NCBI GenBank assembly: GCA_963840035.1 | Contig: CAWIXE010000001.1 | Coordinates: 288,001-352,000, forward strand | DNA length: 64,000 bases | Direction of reading: 5' to 3' | Source: a candidate division FCPU426 bacterium | Lineage (GTDB): Bacteria; Oederibacteriota; PGYV01; Palsa-1178 | Shown here: positions 10,609 through 19,226 of the stretch, one piece after another | How positions within the stretch are numbered: position 1 is the stretch's first letter | Layout: the number at the start of each line of letters is the position of its first letter | The notes under the pieces: model-generated | The model's input: only the letters and a program-made list of their open reading frames with translations | Database searches by the model: none | Told to the model about the DNA's origin: nothing | Made by a program: the position numbers and the translations under genes

Positions 10609-10881
10609 TTAGAGAACGGCTGACTTAAGGTCTTTCGCTATCCTCATTTTTACGACTTTTTTCGCAGGTATGTTGATGGCTTCGCCCGTCATCGGGTTCC
10701 TGCCTACGCGCGCCTTACGGTGTTTTACAGCCAGGATTCCGATTCCCGGAAGTTTAACCTTTTTCTCTTTCTTAAGTGTGGCAACCAGTACTTCTGTGAA
10801 AGCTTCCATCGTCTTCTTTACATCCTTTTTTGCTACGCCTGCTTTGTCCGCGATCGCTGTTACCATTTCTGATTTCGTCAT
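10609..10881 (-). CDS. hup: Histone-like DNA-binding protein HU
   Basis: MTKSEMVTAIA...RKARVGRNPMTGEAINIPAK; AGGAGG RBS before the ATG at 10881. Confidence 0.93.
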   Translation of the reverse strand: MTKSEMVTAIADKAGVAKKDVKKTMEAFTEVLVATLKKEKKVKLPGIGILAVKHRKARVGRNPMTGEAINIPAKKVVKMRIAKDLKSAVL

Positions 10882-10927
10882 GCTTTTGCCTCCTGTTTTA
10901 TGATGTAAAAGCTTTTTTGATACCTTA

Positions 10928-11521
10928 TTAAAATGCCCATCCGATTTCGTAATCAACTGTCGGTGAAATGCTGTTAAATAACTTGAGGTCTCCTGAAGCC
11001 TGTTCTGCCCCTGATTTTACGCTGTAGGACGAACTTACGTTTGTCCATGCTCCAAAGCCGATGCCCATTTCAAATCCGCCTTCCCATACCCACCTGTAAC
11101 CTGCGGAACCGCCGGCCATCATGATTGTCCAGGTGCCTTCGTTTCCTCCGCTTTTGGCGGTAAGGAAGAACGCGTCATACCTTGGCCCTACGAACCAGCC
11201 CGTGCAAGCCTTGCCCATCGGATAGAAAAATAAGTCCCCGCCGAAACCAAAGAAATTTCCCGAGCCGTTTGAAATCGCGTTTACCAGCGGCCAGTACATG
11301 CCCCTGACCCTTAAGCTTAAATTGTCAATTATTTTTCTTTCATAACTGACGTTAAAAAAACCTACCAGATAAGACAGGGCGTTAATGGCTACAATATTCT
11401 CAGCCTTTGGCCCCGGCCCCGCAGGCGTTCCGTCGTCTATCTCCACCATTTTCTTTACGGCAAATGCGCTTACTGAAAAAGCAAGTACCAACACCATTGC
11501 AAAAGCTAAAACTTTTTTCAT
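10928..11521 (-). CDS. Small outer-membrane beta-barrel protein (DUF3575-like)
   Basis: Signal peptide, SYER motif, aromatic/Gly strands, ends in IGWAF. Confidence 0.7.
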   Translation of the reverse strand: MKKVLAFAMVLVLAFSVSAFAVKKMVEIDDGTPAGPGPKAENIVAINALSYLVGFFNVSYERKIIDNLSLRVRGMYWPLVNAISNGSGNFFGFGGDLFFYPMGKACTGWFVGPRYDAFFLTAKSGGNEGTWTIMMAGGSAGYRWVWEGGFEMGIGFGAWTNVSSSYSVKSGAEQASGDLKLFNSISPTVDYEIGWAF

Positions 11522-11750
11522 TTTGTCCTCCTGAGAATATTTGATTTAAACCCCAAAATCCATACCATATATTGTGTTTTGCATACTTATAGCATACAAT
11601 TAATTTACGGTCAACAAAAAAATGTATTTTTAATGGGTTTTAAGCTGTTTTTTTACAAAAAATGCTTAATTTTAAAGAAATAAACGCTTTTTTGCGTTTT
11701 CCGCGTTATTTGTGGACTTTTATCACTTTTTTTCGTCTGTACAACGTCGT

Positions 11751-11828
11751 AAGTGGTGGGTAGTGGGTGGTGTGTAGTGTGTAGCAAACCGTATTGTTCC
11801 TAAAGCACTACCCACTACTCACTACCCA
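11751..11828. repeat. Heptamer-periodic inverted array (GGGTAGT/ACTACCC)
   Basis: gtgggtagtgggtggtgtgtagtgtgtag ... cactacccactactcactaccca. Confidence 0.8.
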
Positions 11829-12491
11829 TTATTTCTTTTCGTTTAAAACCGCCACTTCTTTTATCATTATTTTTTCCTGAGGCTCCCTGTGTATGAGGAA
11901 TATGGCCTCTTCCGCGAATATATTTTCCAGCCCTAACCCCGTCCTGACCATTTTTTGCTTTCCCACGAGGTACACTTCCCTGCTGAATTTAATGCTGTTA
12001 TTCTTGCAGAAGCTTTTAAAGTCCTTTATTGTCAGCAGGTGGATGTTCGGCGTGTTATACCATTCAAACGGAAGTATCTCTGACTTGGGCATCCGTCCTG
12101 TCAGAAAATATTTTAACCGCAGCTTATAATATGCGAAATTCGGGAATGTCACTATGACCTTTTTTCCCACCCTCATTATCTGGTGCATGACATAGTCCGG
12201 CCTTTTGATCGCCTGAAGCGTCTCCGATAATATGACGTAGTCAAAAGACTGGTCCTTGTACTTATGTATGCCGGCTTCTATGTCTTCCTGAATGACGGAA
12301 ACCCCGCGTTTTATGCACTTCAAAACTTCTTCGGTATTGATATCCACGCCCAGGCCGTATACATTTTTACGCGTATACAGCATCTCAAGAAGTTCCCCGT
12401 CTCCGCACCCGAGGTCAAGTACGCGTGAGTTCTCCTCTATCATTCCGGCAATTTCTTCGTATGTGTGCTTTAGGTAGATTTCTTTGTACAT
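11829..12491 (-). CDS. metW: Methionine biosynthesis protein MetW
   Basis: RVLDLGCGDG, FPNF and WYNTPNIH motifs; adjacent to metX. Confidence 0.93.
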   Translation of the reverse strand: MYKEIYLKHTYEEIAGMIEENSRVLDLGCGDGELLEMLYTRKNVYGLGVDINTEEVLKCIKRGVSVIQEDIEAGIHKYKDQSFDYVILSETLQAIKRPDYVMHQIMRVGKKVIVTFPNFAYYKLRLKYFLTGRMPKSEILPFEWYNTPNIHLLTIKDFKSFCKNNSIKFSREVYLVGKQKMVRTGLGLENIFAEEAIFLIHREPQEKIMIKEVAVLNEKK

Positions 12492-12568
12492 GTTGCTCCT
12501 TAAGGCAGATTTAACTTCAGTTCCGTATGCACTATCTTAAAACTTAAAACCGGCCATCATCATATAAC

Positions 12569-13747
12569 TCATTTCACGTTCAAAAGGAAGTTCTTAAAAG
12601 CCTGCCCCATTATTTTGTTCTCCGCTATTGTCTTTTTTTCAAGCAGGAACGCGTCATGCCCGTGTATGGACTGTATCTCTATGTATGAAACGTCCTTGTT
12701 GTTCATGGTCAGCGCCTGCACTATTTCCTTTGCCTGCGCCGGCGAGAAAAGCCAGTCTGAAGTAAAGGAAACCATGAGTACTTCGGCTTTTATCCTCTTT
12801 AAGGCCTTTGTAAGCGACCCGCCGCCGTACCTGTTGTCCACGTCAAAATAATCCATGGCTTTTGTCACATAAAGGTATGAGTTCGCGTCAAAACGCTCGA
12901 CGAATTTCTTTCCCTGGTGGGCGAGGTAGCCTTCCACGGCAAAACCGTTCTCAAATTGTTTTTCAAAAGGCGTCATTGAAGCGGCCATTGCCGGGTCTTC
13001 AGGCCTGCGGCCGAATTTTTTTTCCATTCCCTCTTCGCTTAAGTATGATATGTGGCCTATCATCCTGGCCACAGCGAGGCCTTTTAACGGCTGGTTCTTC
13101 GCGTAGTTACCGGCCTGCCAGTCAGGATCCATCTTTATGGCGTTCCTGCCGACCGCGTCCAAAGCAATTTCCTGAGCTGAAAGCGCGGCTGAGGCGGCTA
13201 TTACTATGACTGATTTCGGGATATCGGGGAACTGCAGAGCCCAGTCAAGCGCCTGCATGCCGCCCATGGAGCCTCCGATGACTGTAACCAGCTTTTCAAT
13301 GCCCATAGAATCTAAAAGTATCTTCTGGGCTTTTACCATGTCCGGTATGGTCACTTCAGGAAATGTCATACCGAATTCCTTGCCTGTCGCCGGGTTTATG
13401 GATGTCGGTCCGGTTGAACCGTAGCAGCTTCCTATGATGCTGGAGCATATGACGAAGTATTTGTTTGTATCCATAGGCTTGCCCGGGCCTATCATTAAGT
13501 CCCACCAGCCGGTTTTTTTCTTCGGGCCTTTTATGTCGTCGTCGGTATAGTAACCGGCGGCATGAGCCCCTCCGGAGAGGGCATGGCATACCAGTAACGC
13601 GTTTGATTTGTCCTTATTGAGTGTGCCGTAAGTTTCATAGGCTATGGTGACAGGGGCGAGCTTTCCGCCTTTTTCAAGGCTGAGTTCCGCGAACGTGTAG
13701 TACTGCGTCTTAACAATACCCACTGAGTCGCCGGGAGGTTTTTCCAT
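12569..13747 (-). CDS. metX: Homoserine O-acetyltransferase
   Basis: CHALSG, GGSMGGMQ, FDANSY and HGHDAFL motifs. Start refined to MEKPP. Confidence 0.93.
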   Translation of the reverse strand: MEKPPGDSVGIVKTQYYTFAELSLEKGGKLAPVTIAYETYGTLNKDKSNALLVCHALSGGAHAAGYYTDDDIKGPKKKTGWWDLMIGPGKPMDTNKYFVICSSIIGSCYGSTGPTSINPATGKEFGMTFPEVTIPDMVKAQKILLDSMGIEKLVTVIGGSMGGMQALDWALQFPDIPKSVIVIAASAALSAQEIALDAVGRNAIKMDPDWQAGNYAKNQPLKGLAVARMIGHISYLSEEGMEKKFGRRPEDPAMAASMTPFEKQFENGFAVEGYLAHQGKKFVERFDANSYLYVTKAMDYFDVDNRYGGGSLTKALKRIKAEVLMVSFTSDWLFSPAQAKEIVQALTMNNKDVSYIEIQSIHGHDAFLLEKKTIAENKIMGQAFKNFLLNVK

Positions 13748-13870
13748 TTCTTCTCGTATTCTCCTTGATTTTTTATTTGTTGAAAAAATTATAACATAAT
13801 CACAAAAAAATGCATTCATTTTTTGCAATTATGTTTATACCGGAAAACCTCTCTGTCGCGCATGCCTTCT

Positions 13871-13952
13871 TTGTGTCCGCTGCAGGCCGGTTTTCTTTAT
13901 GGCCTGCGCTACTGCGCAATCCATAAAGAAAACCGGCCTGTGGCGGACACAA
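13871..13952. repeat. Isolated hairpin with a stem of about 32 bp between cysK and metX
   Basis: ttgtgtccgctgcaggccggttttctttatgg / ccataaagaaaaccggcctgtggcggacacaa. Confidence 0.85.
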
Positions 13953-13985
13953 CCTTACATAAATTATTACGCGGTAACTTTGTCT

Positions 13986-14921
13986 TCACCCGATGATGTC
14001 CTTAAACAGCCACGTGGAAAGGTATCTCTCCCCGGAATCAGGCAGCAGCACCACTATTGTCTTTCCCTTATTCTCAGCCCTTTTTGCCGCTTCTATCGCC
14101 GCCCACGCCGCTGCGCCGCTTGATATGCCCACAAGCACGCCTTCCTGCCTTGCCAGCTGCCTTGCTGTTTCTCCGGCGTCAGCGTCTTTTACCCTTATTA
14201 TTTCATCTATGATTTCCCTGTTTAATACCTTTGGCACAAAATTGGCGCCGATGCCCTGCAGTTTGTGCGGGCCTGCCGTGCCTGTGGATAAAAGCGGCGA
14301 AGCGTCAGGCTCAACCGCGATTATTTTTATATCCTTGTTTTTCTTTTTGAGAGCCTCGCCGACTCCCGTGATGGTCCCTCCAGTGCCTATGCCCGCCACA
14401 AATATGTCCACTTTTCCGTCCGTATCCTTCCATATTTCCTCAGCCGTGGTTTTTCTGTGTATCTCGGGGTTCGCCGGATTATCAAACTGGCCCATGATGA
14501 TCGACCCCTTTATTTCGTCGGCAAGCTGTTCTGCTTTCGCAACAGCGCCTTTCATCCCTTCAGAACCCGGCGTTAACACAAGCTGCGCCCCGAGTATTGC
14601 GAGCAGCTGCCTGCGCTCTATTGACATGGTGTCAGGCATGGTGAGGATGAGTTTGTATCCCTTTGCTGCGGCTGTAAAAGCAAGCCCGACGCCGGTATTG
14701 CCGCTGGTTGGTTCTATCAGGGTATCTCCCGGTTTGATCTTTCCGCGTTTTTCAGCGTCTTCTATCATGGCCACGCCTATCCTGTCCTTAACGCTTGAGA
14801 GCGGATTAAAAGACTCCATCTTCGCGAGCACCTGCGCTGCCTCTGTACCTTTTGTAAGCCTGTTAATCCTTACAAGGGGGGTGTTGCCTACTGTTTCTGT
14901 GATGTCGTTGTAGATCTTCAT
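13986..14921 (-). CDS. cysK: Cysteine synthase A
   Basis: SVKDR (PLP lysine), [13 protein letters not shown] and [10 protein letters not shown] motifs. Confidence 0.96.
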   Translation of the reverse strand: MKIYNDITETVGNTPLVRINRLTKGTEAAQVLAKMESFNPLSSVKDRIGVAMIEDAEKRGKIKPGDTLIEPTSGNTGVGLAFTAAAKGYKLILTMPDTMSIERRQLLAILGAQLVLTPGSEGMKGAVAKAEQLADEIKGSIIMGQFDNPANPEIHRKTTAEEIWKDTDGKVDIFVAGIGTGGTITGVGEALKKKNKDIKIIAVEPDASPLLSTGTAGPHKLQGIGANFVPKVLNREIIDEIIRVKDADAGETARQLARQEGVLVGISSGAAAWAAIEAAKRAENKGKTIVVLLPDSGERYLSTWLFKDIIG

Positions 14922-15005
14922 AAGTCACCTCGTTTGAAAGCCATAGCCCAAAGCCCAAAGCCCAAGGGAGTGCGTTTCCCTGGGCTATGGGCTCTGGAAC
15001 TTGAG

Positions 15006-16280
15006 CTATATTTTATTAAGAGCCTGGTCTATATCCGTGATAATATCATCCGCGTTCTCAATTCCCACTGACAGCCTTATAAAATCTTCCGTAATTCCCG
15101 CTGCTTTTTTCTCCGCGTCCGAAAGCTGCTGGTGTGTGGTTGTCCACGGATGAATGACAAGAGTCTTTGCGTCGCCTATGTTCGCGAGATGTGAAAGAAG
15201 CTTCACGCTGTTTATAAACTTTACCCCGGCTTGTACTCCGCCTTTTATTCCGAAAGCGATCATTCCTGAAGCGCCTCCCGGAAGGTATTTCTGTGCCAGC
15301 GCGTAAGACGGTGAACTTTTAAGCCCGGGATAATTTACCCAGCTTATCTTCTGGTTTGAGCTGAGCCACTGCGCCACCTTCAGGGCGTTTTCACAGTGCC
15401 TTGCGACGCGCAGCGACAGTGTTTCCACGCCGAGCAGTATCAGGAACGCGTTAAACGGGCTTAAGGCCGCTCCTGTATCCCTGAGGGTTGATACCCTGAG
15501 CTTCAGTATGTAAGCCAGCCCCTTGAAAGCCTCGTAAAATTTCATGCCGTGATATGAAGGGTCCGGGTTAACAAGGTCAGGAAAGTTCCCGTTTGCCCAG
15601 TCAAATTTTCCTGAATCAACCACTATCCCGCCCAGCGATGTGCCGTGGCCTCCAAGATATTTTGTGAGTGAATGCACCACTATGTCAGCGCCGTGCTCCA
15701 AAGGCCTTAGAATTGAAGGAGGAGTCATCGTTGAGTCCACTATGAGCGGTATTTTTGCTTCCCTGGCTATTTTTCCCACCGCTTCAATGTCCAGTATGTT
15801 CAGTTCGGGGTTTCCAAGGGTCTCCGCGTATAGAGCCTTTGTTTTTGCGGTAATGGCTTTTTTAAAGTTTTCCGGATTTTTTGCGTCAACAAAGATAACC
15901 TTTATCCCGAGCTTTGGCAGCGTGTGGCCAAAAAGGGTCACTGTTCCGCCGTAAAGGTTTGATGCCGCCACAATCTCGTCGCCCGCAGACGCCAGCCCGA
16001 GTATCGCGGCTGTTATGGCGCCCATTCCTGAAGCAAAGGCAAGCGCCGCAGCCCCTCCTTCAAGCGCCGCTACCCTTTTTTCAAGGACATCGGTCGTTGG
16101 GTTCATCAGCCTGGTGTATATATTCCCGAATTTTTTCAGCGCGAAAAGGTCTGCTGCGTCGTTCGTGTCTTCAAAAGTATATGATGTTGTCTGGTATATC
16201 GGCACCGCCCTTGAATGCGTCTCCTTATCAGGCACGTGCCCCGCGTGAAGCTGTAAAGTTTCAAATTTATATTCTCCCAT
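15006..16280 (-). CDS. metY: O-acetylhomoserine/O-acetylserine sulfhydrylase
   Basis: [27 protein letters not shown] and [10 protein letters not shown] motifs. Confidence 0.93.
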   Translation of the reverse strand: MGEYKFETLQLHAGHVPDKETHSRAVPIYQTTSYTFEDTNDAADLFALKKFGNIYTRLMNPTTDVLEKRVAALEGGAAALAFASGMGAITAAILGLASAGDEIVAASNLYGGTVTLFGHTLPKLGIKVIFVDAKNPENFKKAITAKTKALYAETLGNPELNILDIEAVGKIAREAKIPLIVDSTMTPPSILRPLEHGADIVVHSLTKYLGGHGTSLGGIVVDSGKFDWANGNFPDLVNPDPSYHGMKFYEAFKGLAYILKLRVSTLRDTGAALSPFNAFLILLGVETLSLRVARHCENALKVAQWLSSNQKISWVNYPGLKSSPSYALAQKYLPGGASGMIAFGIKGGVQAGVKFINSVKLLSHLANIGDAKTLVIHPWTTTHQQLSDAEKKAAGITEDFIRLSVGIENADDIITDIDQALNKI

Positions 16281-16322
16281 TTTATTTCTCCTTTTACGCC
16301 GAAGCGTTTTTGTTTTTATTGC

Positions 16323-16421
16323 TCATTTTTCATTGCTAATTATTATTTGCCTTCCGTTGCTTTGCATGAAGTAACTCTCCACCCAGATCTTGTACTTTTT
16401 CGCTTTTATCGTATCGGTCAT
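16323..16421 (-). CDS. Small 32-aa ORF between rrf2 and metY, possibly YezD-like
   Basis: AAGGAG RBS, then MTDTIKAKKYKIWVESYFMQSNGRQIIISNEK. Below the ORF-track cutoff. Confidence 0.4.
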   Translation of the reverse strand: MTDTIKAKKYKIWVESYFMQSNGRQIIISNEK

Positions 16422-16518
16422 TTTGTTCTCCTTTTTTAACTTCGGGCGATTCGTGAATCGCCCCTACAATTTCACGCCAGTTCTTTTACTCCTGTTTCTT
16501 GTCTCCTATCTCCTGTCT

Positions 16519-16989
16519 CTATATATTATAAACAAACTCCTCAATTGCCCTCTTCTTTACTTCCGTTTCCATCTCCACCAGCTGCCTGAAGTCTATGTTG
16601 TCCACTATCCCGCTTATCGCGTCATTTACCCTGGCCCAGATGGGTTTTAATACGCACCTTTTTTCAAAATCACAGTGCTGGTAAGCTGACCTTGACACGC
16701 AGGCAATCGGCGCCAGCGGCCCGTCCATCAGTCTTATTATTTCCCCGAGCTTTATTGTCTCGGGCTCTTTTGCTATGGCATAACCGCCGTTCTTGCCGCG
16801 CTGGCTTCTTACATAACCCGCGTTTTTTAAACTAAGGAGTATCTGCTCAAGAAATTTCTCCGGAATATCCTGGTCTTTTGATATTTCCTGTATCTGGCTT
16901 AAAGCTTCCTGCCCGTTTTGCCTGATATACTTACCGGCAAGAAATACCAGCGACTTAATCGCGTAATCACCTTTATAAGATATCTTCAT
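16519..16989 (-). CDS. Rrf2-family transcriptional regulator (CymR/IscR-like)
   Basis: YAIKSL, FLEQIL, SQRGKNGGY and a C-x8-C-x5-C cluster; heads the sulfur genes. Confidence 0.92.
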   Translation of the reverse strand: MKISYKGDYAIKSLVFLAGKYIRQNGQEALSQIQEISKDQDIPEKFLEQILLSLKNAGYVRSQRGKNGGYAIAKEPETIKLGEIIRLMDGPLAPIACVSRSAYQHCDFEKRCVLKPIWARVNDAISGIVDNIDFRQLVEMETEVKKRAIEEFVYNI

Positions 16990-17014
16990 ATTATAGCTCC
17001 TTTTAGTTTCTTAT

Positions 17015-17078
17015 CTCGACTTTGTCTATTGCTTTTGTCGACATAACAAATATAACAAAGTTGATAGACAAAGTCAAG
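17015..17078 (-). promoter_or_regulatory. Sigma70 promoter of rrf2 with an inverted pair of probable operator boxes
   Basis: TTGACT-17 nt-TATATT. GACTTTGTCTAT occurs twice in opposite orientation, one copy overlapping the -35. Confidence 0.7.
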
Positions 17079-17103
17079 TTAATAATATATCATTTTTTAT
17101 GTT

Positions 17104-17240
17104 GGTAGCCGCAGCCTTCGAGATGCTATCGCGAGCTTAGCGAAAGAACATTAAATCAGTATAATACCGCTCATCTTGTCGTGTTACTCACGACTGGTCT
17201 GACAGCACCGGCCTTTCGCAACCTAAAGGTTGCGGCTACC
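17104..17240. repeat. GTAG-type REP doublet
   Basis: ggtagccgcagcctt ... cgcaacctaaaggttgcggctacc. Confidence 0.7.
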
Positions 17241-17258
17241 AGACCCCTTATATTAATG

Positions 17259-17390
17259 AAAAAGGCAGGCGTTCTTTGCCTGCCGCATATATAACAACCG
17301 CTTGTCTTTGAGGGAAAGCGAGCGGAGTTGGCACCATTTCTGGTAACTACCGGCTTTCCCTTAGCCTCTGTACTGCGAGAGGTTCTACTA
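17259..17390 (-). ncRNA. Candidate structured RNA or leader ending in an intrinsic terminator
   Basis: Hairpin cctct/agagg, then a long stem gggaaagc-cgg-agtt-acca-GAAA-tggt-aact-ccg-gctttccc, then terminator ggcaggc/gcctgcc-ttttt. Promoter-like TTGACT upstream. Confidence 0.45.
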
Positions 17391-17576
17391 TAGATATAGC
17401 ACAGGAAAGTCAAAAGTCAAATTATTAATCACAAATCCCAAATCACATATCACATATAAAACCGCGTAATCTAAATAACTGTTTATCACACGGATTATTT
17501 ATTATACAATGCTTTAATTGATTTTGATCCCTTTGGGATTTGTGATTTGGGATCTGTGATTAAACCAAGGAGACTT

Positions 17577-17711
17577 ATGACCAGGATACTTCTCAACGCT
17601 TGCTGCGCACCCGACGCCTATCATAAAGCTTTATCTACCTCGACCCCTCTCCCCTCGAGGGAGAGGGTGATTTTTAGCTCCGCTAAAAATCGGGTGAGGG
17701 GGACGGAATGA
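17577..17711 (+). other. 44-aa mini-ORF duplicating the QueH N-terminus
   Basis: AAGGAG RBS, MTRILLNACCAPDA then reading through a palindromic element. Its TGA overlaps the queH ATG. Confidence 0.55.
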
Positions 17712-18280
17712 TGCCCAGGATTCTCCTGAACGTTTGCTGCGCGCCTGACGCCACCCATACAATAAACGCTTTAAGGGCCGCCGGCTTCGAACCCGTTACT
17801 TTTTTCTACAACCCCAACATCCACCCCCGCGACGAGTATTTTAAGCGCGTGGAGGACATGAAAAAACTGGCAAAAGAAACAAATACGGAAAACATCGAAG
17901 ACGTACCTTATGATATAGAGGAATGGTTTAAACTGTGCAGGCCTTTTGCAAAAGAGCCTGAGCGCGGCAAACGGTGCGAATTGTGCTTCCGCATGAGAAT
18001 GGACAAAACCGCTCAGAAAGCAAAGGAACTCGGGATTGAAATATTCGCCACCACCCTCACCATATCCCCGCACAAGGACACCGCCCTGATCAACCGCCTG
18101 GGCAGCGAAGCAGCCGCAAAGTACGGCGTCAAATACTATGAGTCCAATTTCAAGAAACAGGACGGCTTTAAAAAATCACTGGTCTTAAGCAAACAGCATG
18201 GCCTGTACCGCCAGGATTACTGCGGCTGTTCGTACTCATTATTGGACAGGTTAAAACACAAGCGCGGTAATTGTTGTTAA
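17708..18280 (+). CDS. queH: Epoxyqueuosine reductase QueH
   Basis: CCAPD, FYNPNIHP, RCELC, TTLTISPHK and YRQDYCGC motifs. Confidence 0.92.
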   Translation: MMPRILLNVCCAPDATHTINALRAAGFEPVTFFYNPNIHPRDEYFKRVEDMKKLAKETNTENIEDVPYDIEEWFKLCRPFAKEPERGKRCELCFRMRMDKTAQKAKELGIEIFATTLTISPHKDTALINRLGSEAAAKYGVKYYESNFKKQDGFKKSLVLSKQHGLYRQDYCGCSYSLLDRLKHKRGNCC

Positions 18281-18417
18281 AAGTTTGGGTAGAAATCCGC
18301 CATCCCGGCCTTATTAATAATCCTTAAACCCGACCCAAAGTCAGTTTTTGAGCCTTAATCATTTGCTTTTCATCCCTTTCTTTTATATAATTACTTATCA
18401 ATAAGGGGAGGTTTTAA

Positions 18418-19122
18418 ATGAAAAAAAATCTTGTCGTTTTATTTTTGGTTGTCCTCGTTTTAGCCTTATCAGCATGCCAGTCCAAAAACCCGTCTGACCC
18501 GGCACCGGAGGTTCCTGTTTCCCTCGAGCAGGGCGCAGCACTTGATGATTTCAATGACGGGGATTTAAACGCGGCTTTTTCCGGGGTAACAGGCACTTGG
18601 TCGGGAGGAAATGACTCGGCTTTCCCGGGCGGGACTTCCACAATACAGCCTTTGGGCTCTTCCACCGGTATGCTGGGTGTGACATTTACCGCTAGTGCTT
18701 CGCTTCTTGTTTCAGCAGGAGAGTATACCGCTGCTTCAGTTTCGACTTACTATTACGGATATGTCACGGTTGAACTCCAGTTAAGCAAAGCCGTGGACAT
18801 TGTCGCCAACAATAATTCCATTTCATACTGGATTAAGTGCGTAAATGCGGCAAACACATACTACAAAATATACATCTACAACAGCAGCGGTAATTTCTGC
18901 AAATCCACTTCATGGTACGGGATAACCACATCGGGATATCTTACGGTTATGTCCCTTCCGGCATACTTTGATGTCCCTTCAGGAGCCGTGTACACTGAAG
19001 AATCAGTCTTCTCAGCAGTTAAAAAAATTGTTTTTGTCTTCAAATACTCAAGCACGACACAATACAGCACAGAGACGTCGGAGATATACCTGGACGACCT
19101 GACGTTCCAGAGTGTTATCTGA
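18418..19122 (+). CDS. Lipoprotein with a beta-rich, possibly carbohydrate-binding domain
   Basis: Lipobox LSAC; LDDFNDG near the N-terminus and IYLDDL at the C-terminus. Confidence 0.7.
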   Translation: MKKNLVVLFLVVLVLALSACQSKNPSDPAPEVPVSLEQGAALDDFNDGDLNAAFSGVTGTWSGGNDSAFPGGTSTIQPLGSSTGMLGVTFTASASLLVSAGEYTAASVSTYYYGYVTVELQLSKAVDIVANNNSISYWIKCVNAANTYYKIYIYNSSGNFCKSTSWYGITTSGYLTVMSLPAYFDVPSGAVYTEESVFSAVKKIVFVFKYSSTTQYSTETSEIYLDDLTFQSVI

Positions 19123-19131
19123 ACCGTTTTT

Positions 19132-19175
19132 AATGCAAAACCCGGAAAGGCATAAGCCTTTCCGGGTTTTGCATT
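19132..19175. terminator. Bidirectional terminator between convergent genes
   Basis: aatgcaaaacccggaaaggc-ataa-gcctttccgggttttgcatt. Confidence 0.85.
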
Positions 19176-19226
19176 TCATGCCATAAACGAAAGGCCGCGC
19201 GCCTTAAAAATGTGATAAGAAATTAT

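Noticed and set aside
10882..10956. N-terminal extension of HU
   Set aside because: It overlaps the upstream gene, and a strong RBS precedes the ATG at 10881.
17165..17240. Second SAM-I-like segment (GCAACC..GGTGCT..AAGATGAG on the minus strand)
   Set aside because: The GCAACC lies inside a REP hairpin and no SAM-I 5' half is present, so it is not called as a riboswitch.
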